32,175 nucleotides of DNA from Proteromonas lacertae (lineage: Eukaryota), in contig NGBS01000635.1 of the NCBI GenBank assembly GCA_002245135.1, forward strand, positions 1 through 32,175, given 5' to 3'. The notes under the pieces are model-generated. The model did not search any database and was not told the DNA's origin. It saw nothing but the letters and a program-made list of their open reading frames with translations. The position numbers and the translations under genes are program-made. Positions 31,408-32,175 of the stretch are shown here, piece by piece; position 1 is the first letter of the stretch, and every line of letters begins with the position of its first letter.

Positions 31408-32175
31408 CTAGTTATAGTTACATATACAAAATGGTTTCCAATTAAAGCAATTAATGTTTTTTATTATTCTATCTCTTTTTGCTTTAATTATTGCATTACT
31501 ATCTATATTCACATCATCCAAAAATAAAAGTGTATGTCTATGTGATAATTGTTTCATGTTAATTATATCGTTATAAATAGATATTTGTTTGTGATCACCA
31601 TCAATATGAATTATATCACACACAATATTCTTAGAATGAGGCACAGTTTCTTCACTTTTTCCCCAAATAATATTCATATTAAAATAATTAGAAATAATAT
31701 TATAACAACATTTAGAATAATTCATACCATAATCAAATCCATAATAGACTAAATTATGTTTCAAAGATGTAAGGAATGTAAGAGATCCGATACCGACTTG
31801 AAATCCTATTTCGCATATATTTCTAATTGTATATATTTTATTACTGTTGATTATTTCGTTTCTATATATAAGCATTTGGTCATAATAAGCAGAAATATCA
31901 CCATCCTTTTTGGATAACATATTTGCATATTTTTGACTTCTAAATGACTTTGATAATAACCTAATAGAATCTAAAATGTAGAATGAATCTACAGATTCAT
32001 TAGTATATATATTTTTAAACTTTGTAACATTATATTCAAATCGGGAATATTATTATATGATTCATGAACTAGAGTGATGTAGTCTTTATTGGGATATCTA
32101 TTAAATTTCATATTTGTATGTTTAAAAATTACATTATATAATATATATAAGGATAATAAATTAATCGTAAGTATA
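31408..32175 (-). CDS. Class I SAM methyltransferase (Methyltransf_24-like); 5' end probably frameshifted and beyond the window
   Basis: CEIGFQVG, YGFD, GKSEETVP, DIIHIDGDH and FLDD motifs. The frame stays open upstream of 31920 to ~32049. Another frame with a hydrophobic segment is open to the window edge. Confidence 0.8.

Noticed and set aside
1090..31752. Short antisense or overlapping ORFs (e.g. 1090-1278, 1776-2000, 4379-4564, 20407-20983, 24805-25023, 25170-25403, 26467-26661, 26818-27000, 27924-28130, 31549-31752)
   Set aside because: These are shadows of better-supported genes or repeats and have no motifs of their own.
1..32175. tRNA/rRNA genes or Blastocystis-type polyadenylation-created stop codons
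   Set aside because: No cloverleaf or rRNA-like sequence was recognised. The intact genes have encoded stops, and the AGTTTGTT motifs lie in or next to transposon arms rather than after genes.

Overview
This is the left end of a chromosome from a very AT-rich microbial eukaryote. It opens with ~466 bp of (CCCTAA)n telomere, and a 26-nt GT-AG intron is visible; this fits a Blastocystis/Opalinata-type gut protist, but the host cannot be proven from the window. The subtelomere interleaves three layers. (1) Intronless surface-glycan modification genes: two GT-A-like type II membrane proteins, two fucosyltransferase-like paralogues, and a compact terminal cluster of fucosyltransferase, FkbM methyltransferase, AT3-SGNH O-acetyltransferase, GT31 galactosyltransferase and a second SAM methyltransferase. 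(2) Decayed endogenous Polinton-like/Maverick virus modules: rve integrase, probable jelly-roll capsid and an intact A32 packaging ATPase at 3.8-7.5 kb, plus a GC-richer protein-primed PolB fragment at 24.8-26 kb. (3) Nested DNA transposons: hAT copies, and a family with TGTTGT...ACAACA ends and 5-bp target-site duplications (TSDs). That family includes a 3.3-kb element carrying a decayed Ulp1-like protease and ~630-bp near-palindromic MITEs. All family assignments come from motif recognition by eye; no database searches were run.
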